Shown piece by piece: positions 16,788-26,153 of a DNA stretch of 26,636 nucleotides; position 1 is the stretch's first letter; each line of letters opens with the position of its first letter. Under the pieces are notes generated by a model that saw only the letters and a list, made by a program, of their open reading frames with translations, made no database searches and had not been told where the DNA came from. Made by a program: the position numbers and the translations under genes. Source of the DNA: Actinomycetota bacterium (lineage in GTDB: Bacteria; Actinomycetota; Actinomycetes; S36-B12); contig JAPLBU010000419.1 of the NCBI GenBank assembly GCA_026392575.1, positions 6,033 through 32,668 on the forward strand, given 5' to 3'.

Positions 16788-18115
16788 TGACTGGGCAGAC
16801 CAATAAGACGGATGGTGAAGCAGCGCCCGAGTACGACTACGGGTTGTTCTCCTTCGCCTCGAAAGCCGAGGTCTTTGAGAAGGCCAAGGAGTACTGGAAC
16901 CCTGGCAAGACGCAGTTCTGGATCGACTCCGGCATTCCTCTGGTCATCGACCGGCGCGAGGAGTACTTCATCTACGACATGTCGGGCAAGCGACTGATCG
17001 ACCTGCACCTCAACGGCGGCACGTACAACCTGGGCCACCGCAATCCCGAGGTCGTCCAGGCCGTAACCATCGCCATGCAGCACTTCGACATCGGCAACCA
17101 CCACTTCCCCGCACTGGCTCGTACGGCATTGGCCGAGGCCCTGATCTCGTCGGCTCCCCCCGGGCTCACCAAGGTCATCTACGGGTCGGGCGGGGGAGAG
17201 GCGATCGATATCGCCATCAAGACGGCGCGCCATGCCACCCAGAAGCGCAAGATCCTGTCGATCATCAAGGCATATCACGGCCACACCGGGCTCGCCGTGG
17301 GCACCGGCGATGACCGGTTCTCCAAGCTGTTCCTCTCCGATCAGCCGGAGGACTTCCCGCACGTGCCGTTCAACGACCTGAATGCCATGGAGGCGGCCCT
17401 GAAGGGGCGTGACATCGCCGCCGTCATCATGGAGACGATCCCGGCGACATACGGTTTCCCCCTGCCGGAGCCCGGCTACCTGCGCGCGGTCAAGGCGCTG
17501 TGCGAGAAGTACGACGCCCTCTACATCGCTGACGAGGTGCAGACCGGCCTCATGCGCACCGGTGAGCTGTGGGGCATCACGAAGGATGGCATCTCCCCGG
17601 ACATCATGGTCACGGGCAAGGGCATCTCTGGGGGCATCTACCCGATCGCGTGCGTGCTCGTGAGCGAGCGGTGCGCGGGCTGGCTGACTGAGGACGGCTT
17701 CGGGCATATCTCGACTTTCGGTGGGGCCGAGCTCGGCTGTATCGCGGCGCTGAAGGTCCTTGAGATCACCTGCCGCCCGGAGACCCGCTCGATGGTCCAC
17801 TACATCGCGGACTTCATTGGACGCGGCCTGCGGGAGATCCAGGCCACCTACCCGGACTGGTTCATCGGCATCCGCCAGAACGGCGTGATCTTCGGCCTGG
17901 AGTTCAACGATCCGCAGGGTGCGAAGTACGTCATGAGGCGCCTGTACGAGAACGGTGTGTGGGCGATCTTCTCGACTCTGGATCCACGGGTGCTCCAGTA
18001 CAAGGCCGGCATCCTGCTCAAGCCCGAGCTCGCGGAGGAGCTGCTCGATCGCACGCAGGTCGCCATCGGCCAGGCGTACGACGATGTGCGCGGCGGGAAG
18101 GGGGGCCGGAGATGA
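16787..18115 (+). CDS. Class III PLP aminotransferase-fold enzyme; RMM/AAU aminopropanol-phosphate phospho-lyase candidate
   Basis: Motifs LNGGTYNLGHRNP, YHGHTG, ADEVQTG and DIMVTGKGISGG (PLP Lys). Same position as the equivalent gene in the M. smegmatis RMM locus. Confidence 0.88.
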   Translation: MTGQTNKTDGEAAPEYDYGLFSFASKAEVFEKAKEYWNPGKTQFWIDSGIPLVIDRREEYFIYDMSGKRLIDLHLNGGTYNLGHRNPEVVQAVTIAMQHFDIGNHHFPALARTALAEALISSAPPGLTKVIYGSGGGEAIDIAIKTARHATQKRKILSIIKAYHGHTGLAVGTGDDRFSKLFLSDQPEDFPHVPFNDLNAMEAALKGRDIAAVIMETIPATYGFPLPEPGYLRAVKALCEKYDALYIADEVQTGLMRTGELWGITKDGISPDIMVTGKGISGGIYPIACVLVSERCAGWLTEDGFGHISTFGGAELGCIAALKVLEITCRPETRSMVHYIADFIGRGLREIQATYPDWFIGIRQNGVIFGLEFNDPQGAKYVMRRLYENGVWAIFSTLDPRVLQYKAGILLKPELAEELLDRTQVAIGQAYDDVRGGKGGRR

Positions 18116-19674
18116 GCTCGGTGACGATGTCTGAGATCCCGCTCGAGCCGGCCGGCGTGCCGCGCGGCCGGGCCATGGTGGAACGCGCCGAGTGGGCCGC
18201 TCGCGCATTCGCGCGCTACGACATCGAGAGCGTGCGACGCATTGCCAAGGCCGCGGCTGAGGCCGGCGCCGCCCATGCCAAGAGGTTCGGCGACGACGCG
18301 GTCGCCGAGACGGGCTTCGGCGTCGCCGAGCACAAGTACCTCAAGAACATCTCCTGCTCGACCGGTATCTGGGAGATGTACAAGGGCCATGATTACGTCA
18401 GCCCTCGTGTCCTGGAGCAGCAGAAGATCGTCGAGATCCCCCGGCCCGCGGGCGTCGTGCTCGCGCTGACCCCGTCGACCAATCCGGTCGCCACGGCCTA
18501 CTTCAAGGTTCTTTCGGCACTCCTGACCCGAAATTCCATCATCGTGTCCCCCCATCCCTACGCCAAGAAGGTCAGTGCGGAGGCGGTCCGGGTCATGAGC
18601 GAGGCTGCCGTCGCCGCGGGTGCTCCCGACGGCTGCATCCAGGTGGTCGAGGAGCCGTCGATCCCCCTGATCACCGCGCTGATGACCGATGACCGGGTAG
18701 CCGTCGTCGTTGCGACGGGTGGCACTGCGATGGTCCGGGCGGCCTACCGGAGTGGGAACCCTGCGCTCGGCGTGGGCCCGGGCAACGTCCCGGTCCTGGT
18801 CGATGCCTCAGCCGACGTCACGATGGCGGCGCGTCGAATCGTAGCCAGCAAGTCGTTCGACAACTCGATCCTGTGCACCAACGAGAGCGTCCTCATCGTC
18901 GAGGACGCAGTCGCAGACAAGCTGGTCCAGGCCCTACGCCGCGAGGGCGCGTACATCGCGTCCGCCGAGGAGGCCGAGTCCATCCGCGCCGTGATCTTCG
19001 ACGGCGAGAACTTCCGCACCAGCTGGGTCGGGCGCGACGCCACCGCGATCGCCAAGGCCGCCGGCATCCGCGTTCCCGCCGCGACCAAGATCCTGATCGC
19101 GCCGATCGATCTGGTCGTGCCCGAGGAGATGCTGGCGCACGAGAAGCTCTGTCCGGTGCTCGGCATGGTGCGCGTGCCAACTGCGGGACGGGGCATCGAC
19201 GCGGCGCGTGCCGTCCTGCGCATCACCGGAGCCGGGCACAGCGCCGCCATCCACAGCCAGGACGCGCGGACGATCATGGACTTCTCCGCCGCAGTTCGCG
19301 TCCTGCGTGTCTCCGTCAATGTCGGCAACAGCCTCGGGGGCGCTGGCATCGAGACCAACCTGGCTCCCACCATGACGATCGGCACCGGGTTCTTCGGGCG
19401 GTCGTCGCTGGGGGAGAACCTCGAGCCGAAGCACCTTGTCAACATCACGCGGATCGCGTACAACGCCGACGCGGCGGTGACGATGCCCAGTTTCGCCGGG
19501 ATCGATCCGTGGTCGGCTCCGACCGGCCCGGTGCCGGTCTACCCGCTCCCGTCGAATGCGCACGAAAGCGGTGTCGCCCCCGTCGAGCGACGCGATCAGG
19601 CCGACGACGGGGAGCTGCGCGAGGAGATCCGCCGGCTGGTCATCGAAGAGCTCCGACAGATCATTAAGGGCTGA
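18112..19674 (+). CDS. CoA-acylating aldehyde dehydrogenase with C-terminal encapsulation peptide
   Basis: Motifs PAGVVLALTPSTNP, ATGG, GVGPGNVP, SFDNSILCTNES (catalytic Cys) and HEKLCP. Pro-rich linker, then ELREEIRRLVIEELRQII. Confidence 0.92.
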   Translation: MSSVTMSEIPLEPAGVPRGRAMVERAEWAARAFARYDIESVRRIAKAAAEAGAAHAKRFGDDAVAETGFGVAEHKYLKNISCSTGIWEMYKGHDYVSPRVLEQQKIVEIPRPAGVVLALTPSTNPVATAYFKVLSALLTRNSIIVSPHPYAKKVSAEAVRVMSEAAVAAGAPDGCIQVVEEPSIPLITALMTDDRVAVVVATGGTAMVRAAYRSGNPALGVGPGNVPVLVDASADVTMAARRIVASKSFDNSILCTNESVLIVEDAVADKLVQALRREGAYIASAEEAESIRAVIFDGENFRTSWVGRDATAIAKAAGIRVPAATKILIAPIDLVVPEEMLAHEKLCPVLGMVRVPTAGRGIDAARAVLRITGAGHSAAIHSQDARTIMDFSAAVRVLRVSVNVGNSLGGAGIETNLAPTMTIGTGFFGRSSLGENLEPKHLVNITRIAYNADAAVTMPSFAGIDPWSAPTGPVPVYPLPSNAHESGVAPVERRDQADDGELREEIRRLVIEELRQIIKG

Positions 19675-19677
19675 CCG

Positions 19678-20280
19678 ATGGCCGACCTACGCTCCTTCAT
19701 CTTCTTGGACAGGCTGCAGCCTCAGACCATGTGCTACCTGGGCACCATGGTCCGCGGGGCGCTCCCCCGGGCGGATGTCGCGGCACAGATCATCGAGGTG
19801 GCCCCCGGCCTGGATATCGAGCCGCTCACCGACGTCGCACTGAAGTACGCCGAGGTCTCGGCGGGGATGCTGTTCGTCGAGCGGCAGTTCGGGTATCTGG
19901 AGATCCACGGGCCCACCTCCGCGGTGAAGGCGTCGGGCGAGGCCGTTCTCACGCAGTTGGGCGCCTCGGCCAGTGATGCAATGAAGCCGCAGATCCTCGC
20001 CTCGCGCATCGTGACGATGCTCGACCGGCAGCACGCATTCCTCATCAACCGGAACAAGATCGGGTCCATGGCGCTGCCGGGCGAATCGCTCTTCGTGCTT
20101 GAGATGCAGCCCGCGTCGTATGCCATCCTCGCGACGAACGAGGCGGAGAAAGCCGCTCGCATCAAGGTCGTGGACTACCGCATGGTGGGTGCCACGGGAC
20201 GCGTGTACCTGTCGGGGAAGGAAGCCGATGTCCGCCAGGCCGCTGAGGCGGCCGAGGAAGCATTGAGGGTGGTTTCGTGA
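19678..20280 (+). CDS. BMC-T shell protein (double-stacking, CcmP-like type)
   Basis: LRSFIFLDRLQPQ, VERQFGYLEIH and GATGRVYLSG; tandem BMC domain size (200 aa). Confidence 0.92.
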   Translation: MADLRSFIFLDRLQPQTMCYLGTMVRGALPRADVAAQIIEVAPGLDIEPLTDVALKYAEVSAGMLFVERQFGYLEIHGPTSAVKASGEAVLTQLGASASDAMKPQILASRIVTMLDRQHAFLINRNKIGSMALPGESLFVLEMQPASYAILATNEAEKAARIKVVDYRMVGATGRVYLSGKEADVRQAAEAAEEALRVVS

Positions 20281-20735
20281 CCCAGCGGATTCCTGCCGAC
20301 CTGCTTCGCGACATGGTGCGAGAGATCCTCATGGACGTCGTCGAGTCCGAGGTGGCCGGGCGTGTGGACAGCCTCGCGGGAGGGGAATCGGTCGGCGGCC
20401 GTCGGCGCGAGACTGTGGCGATCGGCAGCCAGGACGATCTGAACCGCGCGATCCGCAGGATCCTCGCCGACGCAATGGACCCCCAGCGGCGCGGTGCCAT
20501 CGAGCAGGGCGACATCGCTTTCGTGCTTTCGACGGCAACGCTGGAGCAGGCACCAAGGAGACCTGCTGTTGTTGAGCCGATCCACCGAGTCGACAAGGGT
20601 GCGGTCACGGAAAAGCAGGTCCGGGCGGCCGCAGACGCAGGCGCAACGATCGTCACGGCGCATCGCGTGGTCATCACCCCGCTCGCCAAGGACAAGGCAC
20701 GCTCGCTGGGCGTCGTCATCACAAGAGAGTCGTAG
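20277..20735 (+). CDS. Conserved RMM-locus protein of unknown function
   Basis: Coupled GTGA start. Two amphipathic helices and a C-terminal VITPLAKDKAR module. Occupies the slot of the unknown gene between BMC-T and BMC-P in RMM loci. Confidence 0.8.
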   Translation: MTQRIPADLLRDMVREILMDVVESEVAGRVDSLAGGESVGGRRRETVAIGSQDDLNRAIRRILADAMDPQRRGAIEQGDIAFVLSTATLEQAPRRPAVVEPIHRVDKGAVTEKQVRAAADAGATIVTAHRVVITPLAKDKARSLGVVITRES

Positions 20736-20743
20736 GAGGGGCC

Positions 20744-20998
20744 ATGCTTCGTGGACGAGTGATCGGCAACATCTGGGCGTCGAAGCGCCTGGACGAGGTG
20801 CCCAACGGGGCCTTCCTCGAGGTCGAGGTCGAGCCCGGCGGTGCTCGGCTCATCGCCTTCGACGTGCTGGGCAGCGGCGTCGGCGAACACGTACTGGTGG
20901 CGACGGGATCCGTCGCCGCCGCCTGGTTCCCCGGGCAAGCGCCGCCCATCGACGCGCTGATCATCGGATCCATCGATGAGTCGTCGTCCGGCTTCTAG
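20744..20998 (+). CDS. BMC-P pentameric vertex protein (EutN/CcmL family)
   Basis: [32 protein letters not shown] and [20 protein letters not shown]. Confidence 0.93.
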   Translation: MLRGRVIGNIWASKRLDEVPNGAFLEVEVEPGGARLIAFDVLGSGVGEHVLVATGSVAAAWFPGQAPPIDALIIGSIDESSSGF

Positions 20999-21062
20999 CG
21001 ACCTACCACCACACAAACCTCCTCGCGGCATCAGTCACGGGGAAGACAAGGAAGGGAAGACC

Positions 21063-21353
21063 ATGTCCAACAATGCGATCGGCATGATCGAGACGAAGGG
21101 CTACGTGGCCGCGCTGGCAGCCGCCGACGCCATGGTGAAGGCAGCAAACGTGACCATCGTCAGTCGCGAGCAGGTCGGCGACGGACTTGTCGCCGTGACC
21201 ATCGTGGGTGACGTCGGCGCCGTGAAGGCGGCAACAGAGGCCGGCGCGGAAACGGCACAGGCGGTGGGCGAGCTCGTCAGCGTCCACGTCATCCCGCGCC
21301 CGCACCCCGAGCTGTCGAGGACCTTCGGCATCTCGGCTGACCCGTCGGAGTGA
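21063..21353 (+). CDS. BMC-H hexameric shell protein
   Basis: [19 protein letters not shown], pore loop [14 protein letters not shown] and HVIPRPH. Confidence 0.95.
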   Translation: MSNNAIGMIETKGYVAALAAADAMVKAANVTIVSREQVGDGLVAVTIVGDVGAVKAATEAGAETAQAVGELVSVHVIPRPHPELSRTFGISADPSE

Positions 21354-22003
21354 CCGCACTGCCGCAGGCTGGGGAGACCGAGCTTCGCGTCTACCTTCTG
21401 CTCGAGGATCTGCAGCCGCAGTTCGCCGCGTACCTTGGCACGCCTACCCGGGCGCGCGGCTATCCGCCGTATTCGGGGCAGAACGCCCTGATCGTGGAGG
21501 TGGCGCCCGGCCTGGCCATCGAGAGGGTGACCGACCTCGCGCTGCGCTCCGTTCCCGGCATCGAGCCGGGGATCCTGTTCGTCGAGAGGCAGTTCGGAGT
21601 CCTGGAGGTGCATGCCGACTCGCTCGCAGATGTCATCCGGGCGGGTGAGGCGATCCTCACTGGAACGGGCACGCGGGCCGAGGACCAGCTGCGTCCACGG
21701 ATCCTGTATCACGACGTGATCGAGGACGTCACAGACCAGCATGCGGTGATCATCAACCGGAACAGGCAGGCGTCCATGCTGCTTCCGGGCGACAGCCTTC
21801 TCGTCTTCGAGATGACGCCGGCGCTGTTCGCCGCGATGGCCGCGAACGAGGCCGAGAAGGCGGCGCCCGACATCACCCTCGTGGACGTCCAAATGATCGG
21901 AGCAGCCGGTCGTGTGTACATCGGGGGTCAGACAAGTTCGGTGAACCGGGCGCGTGAGGCCATCGGCTCTGCTCTGATGTCCGTGGTCGGACGCGATCAG
22001 TAG
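21350..22003 (+). CDS. Second BMC-T shell protein (double-stacking type)
   Basis: [24 protein letters not shown] and [10 protein letters not shown]; paralogous to 19678..20280. Confidence 0.92.
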   Translation: MTALPQAGETELRVYLLLEDLQPQFAAYLGTPTRARGYPPYSGQNALIVEVAPGLAIERVTDLALRSVPGIEPGILFVERQFGVLEVHADSLADVIRAGEAILTGTGTRAEDQLRPRILYHDVIEDVTDQHAVIINRNRQASMLLPGDSLLVFEMTPALFAAMAANEAEKAAPDITLVDVQMIGAAGRVYIGGQTSSVNRAREAIGSALMSVVGRDQ

Positions 22004-22037
22004 GCCGACCAGACCACCGACACACGAAGGGCACGAA

Positions 22038-23018
22038 ATGATCGTTGCCGAGCCGCAGTTCGAGGACTTCGCCCACGCCGCGCGGGACGCGTACGACCTC
22101 GACCCGAGTGCTGAGCTCACTCTGCTCAACGTCAGCGAAAACGGCACGTTCCGCGTCGACGATCCGGTGCAGGGACGATCGGTGCTGCGCGTGCACCGTA
22201 CGGGGTACCACGCCCGCGAAGCCATCGCGAGTGAACTGGCGTGGATCACTGCCCTGCGCAGCGAGGGCACCGTGCGAACCCCAGCCTTCATCCCGTCGCC
22301 CGCCGGCGACGACGTCGTTCTGGTGCGGCTGGCCGGTGGCGAGGAGCGCTTCGTGGTGCGCTTCGAATGGGTCGACGGAGTGGAGCCGACTGAGGACCGA
22401 CTCGCTGCGGACTTCGAGGAGCTTGGCGGCATCACCGCTCGCCTGCACGCGCACGCCCGCACTTGGCGGCGCCCGGAGGGATTCACGCGATTCGTGTGGG
22501 ACTTCGACACGTCGCTCGGCGAGCATGGCCACTGGGGACGGTGGCAGGACGGGCTGGCCGTAGGCCCGCAGGAGCAGGAGGTCCTCGGCCGATGCGCAGA
22601 CCTCATCCGGCGTCGACTGGCCGTCTACGGCACGGGACCCGAGCGATTTGGGCTCGTTCATGCCGACATGCGCCTGGCCAACCTCCTCGTCAAGGGGAAT
22701 GACGTCACGGTGATCGACTTCGACGACTGCGGCCTGAGTTGGTTCATGTACGACCTAGGATCGTCCCTGTCCTTCATCGAACATGAGCCCTACGTCCCGG
22801 AACTGGTCGATGCCTGGGTTCGCGGATACCGCGCCGTAGCGCCGCTGACGGCGCAGGACGAGGCTGAGTTGCCCACCTTCATCATGCTGCGCCGGCTCCT
22901 GCTGGTTGCCTGGATTGGATCCCACTCGAGCACCGAGACCGCGCAGGCGATGGGCGAGGACTACACCGCGACGAGCTGCCGGCTCGCCGAACACTACCTG
23001 GGCACGATGGCGATCTGA
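22038..23018 (+). CDS. Aminoglycoside-phosphotransferase/choline-kinase-fold enzyme; 1-amino-2-propanol kinase candidate
   Basis: SENGTF, Brenner motif [10 protein letters not shown] and IDFDDCG, in RMM context. Confidence 0.88.
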   Translation: MIVAEPQFEDFAHAARDAYDLDPSAELTLLNVSENGTFRVDDPVQGRSVLRVHRTGYHAREAIASELAWITALRSEGTVRTPAFIPSPAGDDVVLVRLAGGEERFVVRFEWVDGVEPTEDRLAADFEELGGITARLHAHARTWRRPEGFTRFVWDFDTSLGEHGHWGRWQDGLAVGPQEQEVLGRCADLIRRRLAVYGTGPERFGLVHADMRLANLLVKGNDVTVIDFDDCGLSWFMYDLGSSLSFIEHEPYVPELVDAWVRGYRAVAPLTAQDEAELPTFIMLRRLLLVAWIGSHSSTETAQAMGEDYTATSCRLAEHYLGTMAI

Positions 23019-23028
23019 GAGGACACGT

Positions 23029-23811
23029 ATGTTCACGTCGATAGCGGGGAGGTCAGTCATCGTCACGGGCGGCACCAAGGGCATCGGCAAGGGGATCGCC
23101 CGGGTCATGGCCAAGGCGGGCGCGAACGTCCTCGTCACGGGACGTAATCGAGACGACGCGGAAGCCACCGTCGGTGAGCTGGATGCGCTCGGGACGGGTC
23201 GCGTCGAGTACTTCCTCGGCGACGTGGCCGACGCCGCTGCCTGCCAGGCGATGGCGGCCGCGGCCATCGAGTCCTTCGGGGGGATCGACATCCTGTGTGC
23301 GAACGCCGGCATCTTCCCCGACGCGAAGCTCGCAACCATGAGTGAGGAGGACATGGACCGCGTCTTCGACACGAACATCAAGGGCACTCTCCTCACCGTC
23401 CAGGCGTGCATCCCGGCGCTCGCCGCCTCGGGCCACGGACGCGTGGTCCTCACGTCCTCCATCACCGGTCCGATCACCGGCTTTCCGGGCTGGTCGCACT
23501 ACGGAGCGAGCAAGGCGGCGCAACTCGGCTTCATGCGCACGGCCGCCATCGAACTGGCCCCCCTCGGTATTACCGTGAACGCCGTCCTACCGGGCAATGT
23601 CGCCACCGAGGGCCTCGCTGACTTGTGGGAGGGCTACCGTCGCTCCATGGAGATGTCGATCCCGATGCGCCGGTTGGGCGACGTCGAGGACATCGGTAAC
23701 GCGGCCCTGTTCTTCGCCTGTGACGAGGCCGCCTACGTGACCGGGCAGGCGCTCGCCATCGACGGTGGCCAGGTTCTCCCCGAGTCTCTCGCGGCCCTGG
23801 AGGCGATGTAG
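23029..23811 (+). CDS. Short-chain dehydrogenase; aminoacetone reductase / 1-amino-2-propanol dehydrogenase candidate
   Basis: [33 protein letters not shown] and PGN. RBS GAGGA before ATG 23029. Confidence 0.9.
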   Translation: MFTSIAGRSVIVTGGTKGIGKGIARVMAKAGANVLVTGRNRDDAEATVGELDALGTGRVEYFLGDVADAAACQAMAAAAIESFGGIDILCANAGIFPDAKLATMSEEDMDRVFDTNIKGTLLTVQACIPALAASGHGRVVLTSSITGPITGFPGWSHYGASKAAQLGFMRTAAIELAPLGITVNAVLPGNVATEGLADLWEGYRRSMEMSIPMRRLGDVEDIGNAALFFACDEAAYVTGQALAIDGGQVLPESLAALEAM

Positions 23812-23815
23812 CGCG

Positions 23816-24622
23816 ATGGCTGAAGCGGGACTCGACGATTCCGGGGCTATCGGGCCAACTGCCGAGGATGCACGGCGACGCCTGGTCGGGATGGTCGAAC
23901 GCGGCACCCTCAGGCCGGGGCAGCGGCTGGGCGCGGAGCGGGAACTCGCCGTGAAGCTCGGGGTGAGTCGGTCGACCCTGCGCCAAGCGCTCGGCGCCCT
24001 CGAGGAGGCGGGCGTCGTCCGGCGGGTTCCGGGCCGCGGGGGCGGCACGTTCATCGCCTCTCCGAAGGTGGAGCGGGATCTGTCCCGGATCGTCGGCATC
24101 CCCATGCTCCTGCGGGATCAGGGATTCACGGCCGGCTCGCGCGTGTTGAGCGTGGCGGTCAGGACCGCCGGACCGGAGGCGGCGCGGGCGCTGGGCATCG
24201 CCGAGGACGAGTTCGTCGTAGATCTGGTGCGCATCCGACTCGCCGACGGAGTGCCGATATCCCTTGAGCAGGCAGTCTTCCCCGCGGAACTCGTGCCCGG
24301 CCTGCCGGAACGTGCGCTAGGAGGTTCCATCTACGAGCTGTGCGACAGCGAGTACGGGCTGCGTCCCGACGAGGCGATCGAGCACATTGAGGTGGTCTTG
24401 GCCTCGAGTGACGAGGCGGCGGTCCTGGGAATCGATAGGGGGGATCCGCTGCTACTGGTGACCCGCACCACCCGCACCGCTGCCGGAGTGGCGTTCGAGT
24501 TCTCCCGCGACCTCTTCCGCGCTGATCGGACGCGAATAAGTGTCAAGGTGAAGGGATCGCCTGCGAACGAGAAGGCGCGCTTGCGAGGCCGCATCGTCGA
24601 GCTCGTACCTCCAGCGGAGTAG
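23816..24622 (+). CDS. GntR-family regulator (HutC/UTRA subfamily)
   Basis: wHTH (ERELAVKLGVSRSTLRQAL...GRGGGTF) followed by a UTRA domain (RIRLADGVPISLE...FRADR). Confidence 0.92.
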   Translation: MAEAGLDDSGAIGPTAEDARRRLVGMVERGTLRPGQRLGAERELAVKLGVSRSTLRQALGALEEAGVVRRVPGRGGGTFIASPKVERDLSRIVGIPMLLRDQGFTAGSRVLSVAVRTAGPEAARALGIAEDEFVVDLVRIRLADGVPISLEQAVFPAELVPGLPERALGGSIYELCDSEYGLRPDEAIEHIEVVLASSDEAAVLGIDRGDPLLLVTRTTRTAAGVAFEFSRDLFRADRTRISVKVKGSPANEKARLRGRIVELVPPAE

Positions 24623-24627
24623 CGGAC

Positions 24628-25752
24628 GTGCGCGCTCGCGACCTGCCCATCCGGTTTCAGGGAACGCCCGGGCCACTCAATGCCTTGACCGACGTGCCTG
24701 GTGTCGAAGTGGGGATGGTGACGATCGTCGGGGATGATCCGACGGACTACTCGCTGTCCGCGCGCACCGGCGTAACGGCGATCCTCCCGCTCGGGCGCGA
24801 ACGAATCGGCACGTCCGTCCCGGCGGCCATCTACTCGCTCAACGGCAACGGCGAGATGACCGGGTCGCACTGGATCGATGAGACGGGCTCGTTGTCGAGC
24901 CCGGTGATGATCACCAATACGCACGCCGTCGGAACGGTTCATCGAGGCGTGATCGATTGGTTCGCCGACAACCGGACCGCCCTCGCCGCGGAGTGGCTGC
25001 TCCCAGTTGTGGCCGAGACATGGGACGGGTATCTCAACAGCATTAACGTCCCGCACGTCATGCCGCCTCACGCCGGGCAGGCGATAGACGCCGCCTCGGA
25101 GGGGCCTGTTGCCGAGGGCTCGGTCGGTGGGGGCACTGGGATGAACTGCTACGGATTCAAGGGTGGCAACGGCACGGCGTCACGTGTTGTGAGGCTCGGC
25201 TCCGGCGAGTTCACGGTGGCCGTGTTCCTTCAGGCGAACTTCGGCGCCCGCCGTGAGCTGATGATCAATGGCGTGCCCATGGGCGACCTCGACGTCCCCT
25301 GCCCGATCGATGACGACGACTGGCTGCTTGAGGACCGGCGGTCAGGGGCGGGTGCGGGCTCGGTCATCGCCGTTGTCGCCACGGATGCACCGATGATGCC
25401 CCAACAGTGCGCGGCAATGGCCCGTCGCGTGCCGCTTGGCCTCGCCCGCACGGGAACGACGGGCGGCCATTTCAGCGGGGACCTATTCCTCGCGTTCTCC
25501 ACGGCGAATTCGGGGGCTCTCGACAGTGGGTTCCCGACAGACCCAGGTTCGGAAGTCAAGCTAAGAACGATGCAGCTGGTCCCGTGGAACCACATGGACG
25601 CCTTCTTAGCCGCGACGGTTCATTGCGTGGAGGAGGCAGTGCTCAACGCGCTGGTGTGCAACGCGACCATGGTCGGGCGGTCCGGTCACGTCAGTCATGC
25701 GCTCCCGAACGATCTCGTTCGCGAGCGGCTCGCCTCCAGCGGCGGCGCGTGA
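24628..25752 (+). CDS. DmpA/BapA-like (peptidase S58/P1) N-terminal-nucleophile amidohydrolase
   Basis: NALTDVPGVEVG, TGVTAILP, NGNGEMTG, TNTHAVG, AETWDGYLN, GSVGGGTGM, and the autoprocessing site G/SVIAVVATDAP. Confidence 0.9.
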   Translation: MRARDLPIRFQGTPGPLNALTDVPGVEVGMVTIVGDDPTDYSLSARTGVTAILPLGRERIGTSVPAAIYSLNGNGEMTGSHWIDETGSLSSPVMITNTHAVGTVHRGVIDWFADNRTALAAEWLLPVVAETWDGYLNSINVPHVMPPHAGQAIDAASEGPVAEGSVGGGTGMNCYGFKGGNGTASRVVRLGSGEFTVAVFLQANFGARRELMINGVPMGDLDVPCPIDDDDWLLEDRRSGAGAGSVIAVVATDAPMMPQQCAAMARRVPLGLARTGTTGGHFSGDLFLAFSTANSGALDSGFPTDPGSEVKLRTMQLVPWNHMDAFLAATVHCVEEAVLNALVCNATMVGRSGHVSHALPNDLVRERLASSGGA

Positions 25753-25956
25753 CGGCGTCTTTCGATCACAGAATATGCGGGATCGTTCCGGGAGACCGCC
25801 AATTCCAGATCGCGAGGTTGAGTTTGGGCAATGCCGTGACCGTCGAAGCACCGGCGAGGCGCCAAAGCCCATTTGTTGGGGGCCGCGGCGCAGACTCTGG
25901 TTCAATGCCAGACTGCAGACGACGATGGTCGCCGAACGGATGCTCTTCTTTCGACT

Positions 25957-26153
25957 TTCGGGGATCCTGTGGCGCATGCTGTCCCGCTCGCGGGATCGGA
26001 CCCGGAGGAGCGGTTGGTCTTCCCCGCGGATGACCGTCGGGTCAGGCGCTGGAGGTCCTCGCGGTGGAGGAGGACGAGGTGGTGATAGTGATCCACGCGA
26101 TGGATCTGGGGCTGTAGTTCCGGGCACTGTATGAGGAGGGGAAGCGGTCATGA
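25957..26153 (+). pseudogene. Degenerate small toxin-like gene of a type II TA pair
   Basis: Reading ...EERLVFPADD / SGQALEVLAVEEDEVVIVIHAMDLGL*FRALYEEGKRS* needs a frameshift near 26035 and contains an in-frame TAG at 26115-26117. The final TGA overlaps the next ATG. The 5' boundary is approximate. Confidence 0.55.

Noticed and set aside
16685-18208. 507-aa - strand ORF
   Set aside because: Antisense shadow of the class III PLP enzyme.
21101-22606. 501-aa - strand ORF
   Set aside because: Overlaps three well-supported + strand genes; low-complexity Ser/Arg-rich translation.
16787-24622. No phosphotransacylase (PduL) or Fe-alcohol dehydrogenase in the BMC operon
   Set aside because: As I recall this is the usual RMM configuration, so it is not distinctive.
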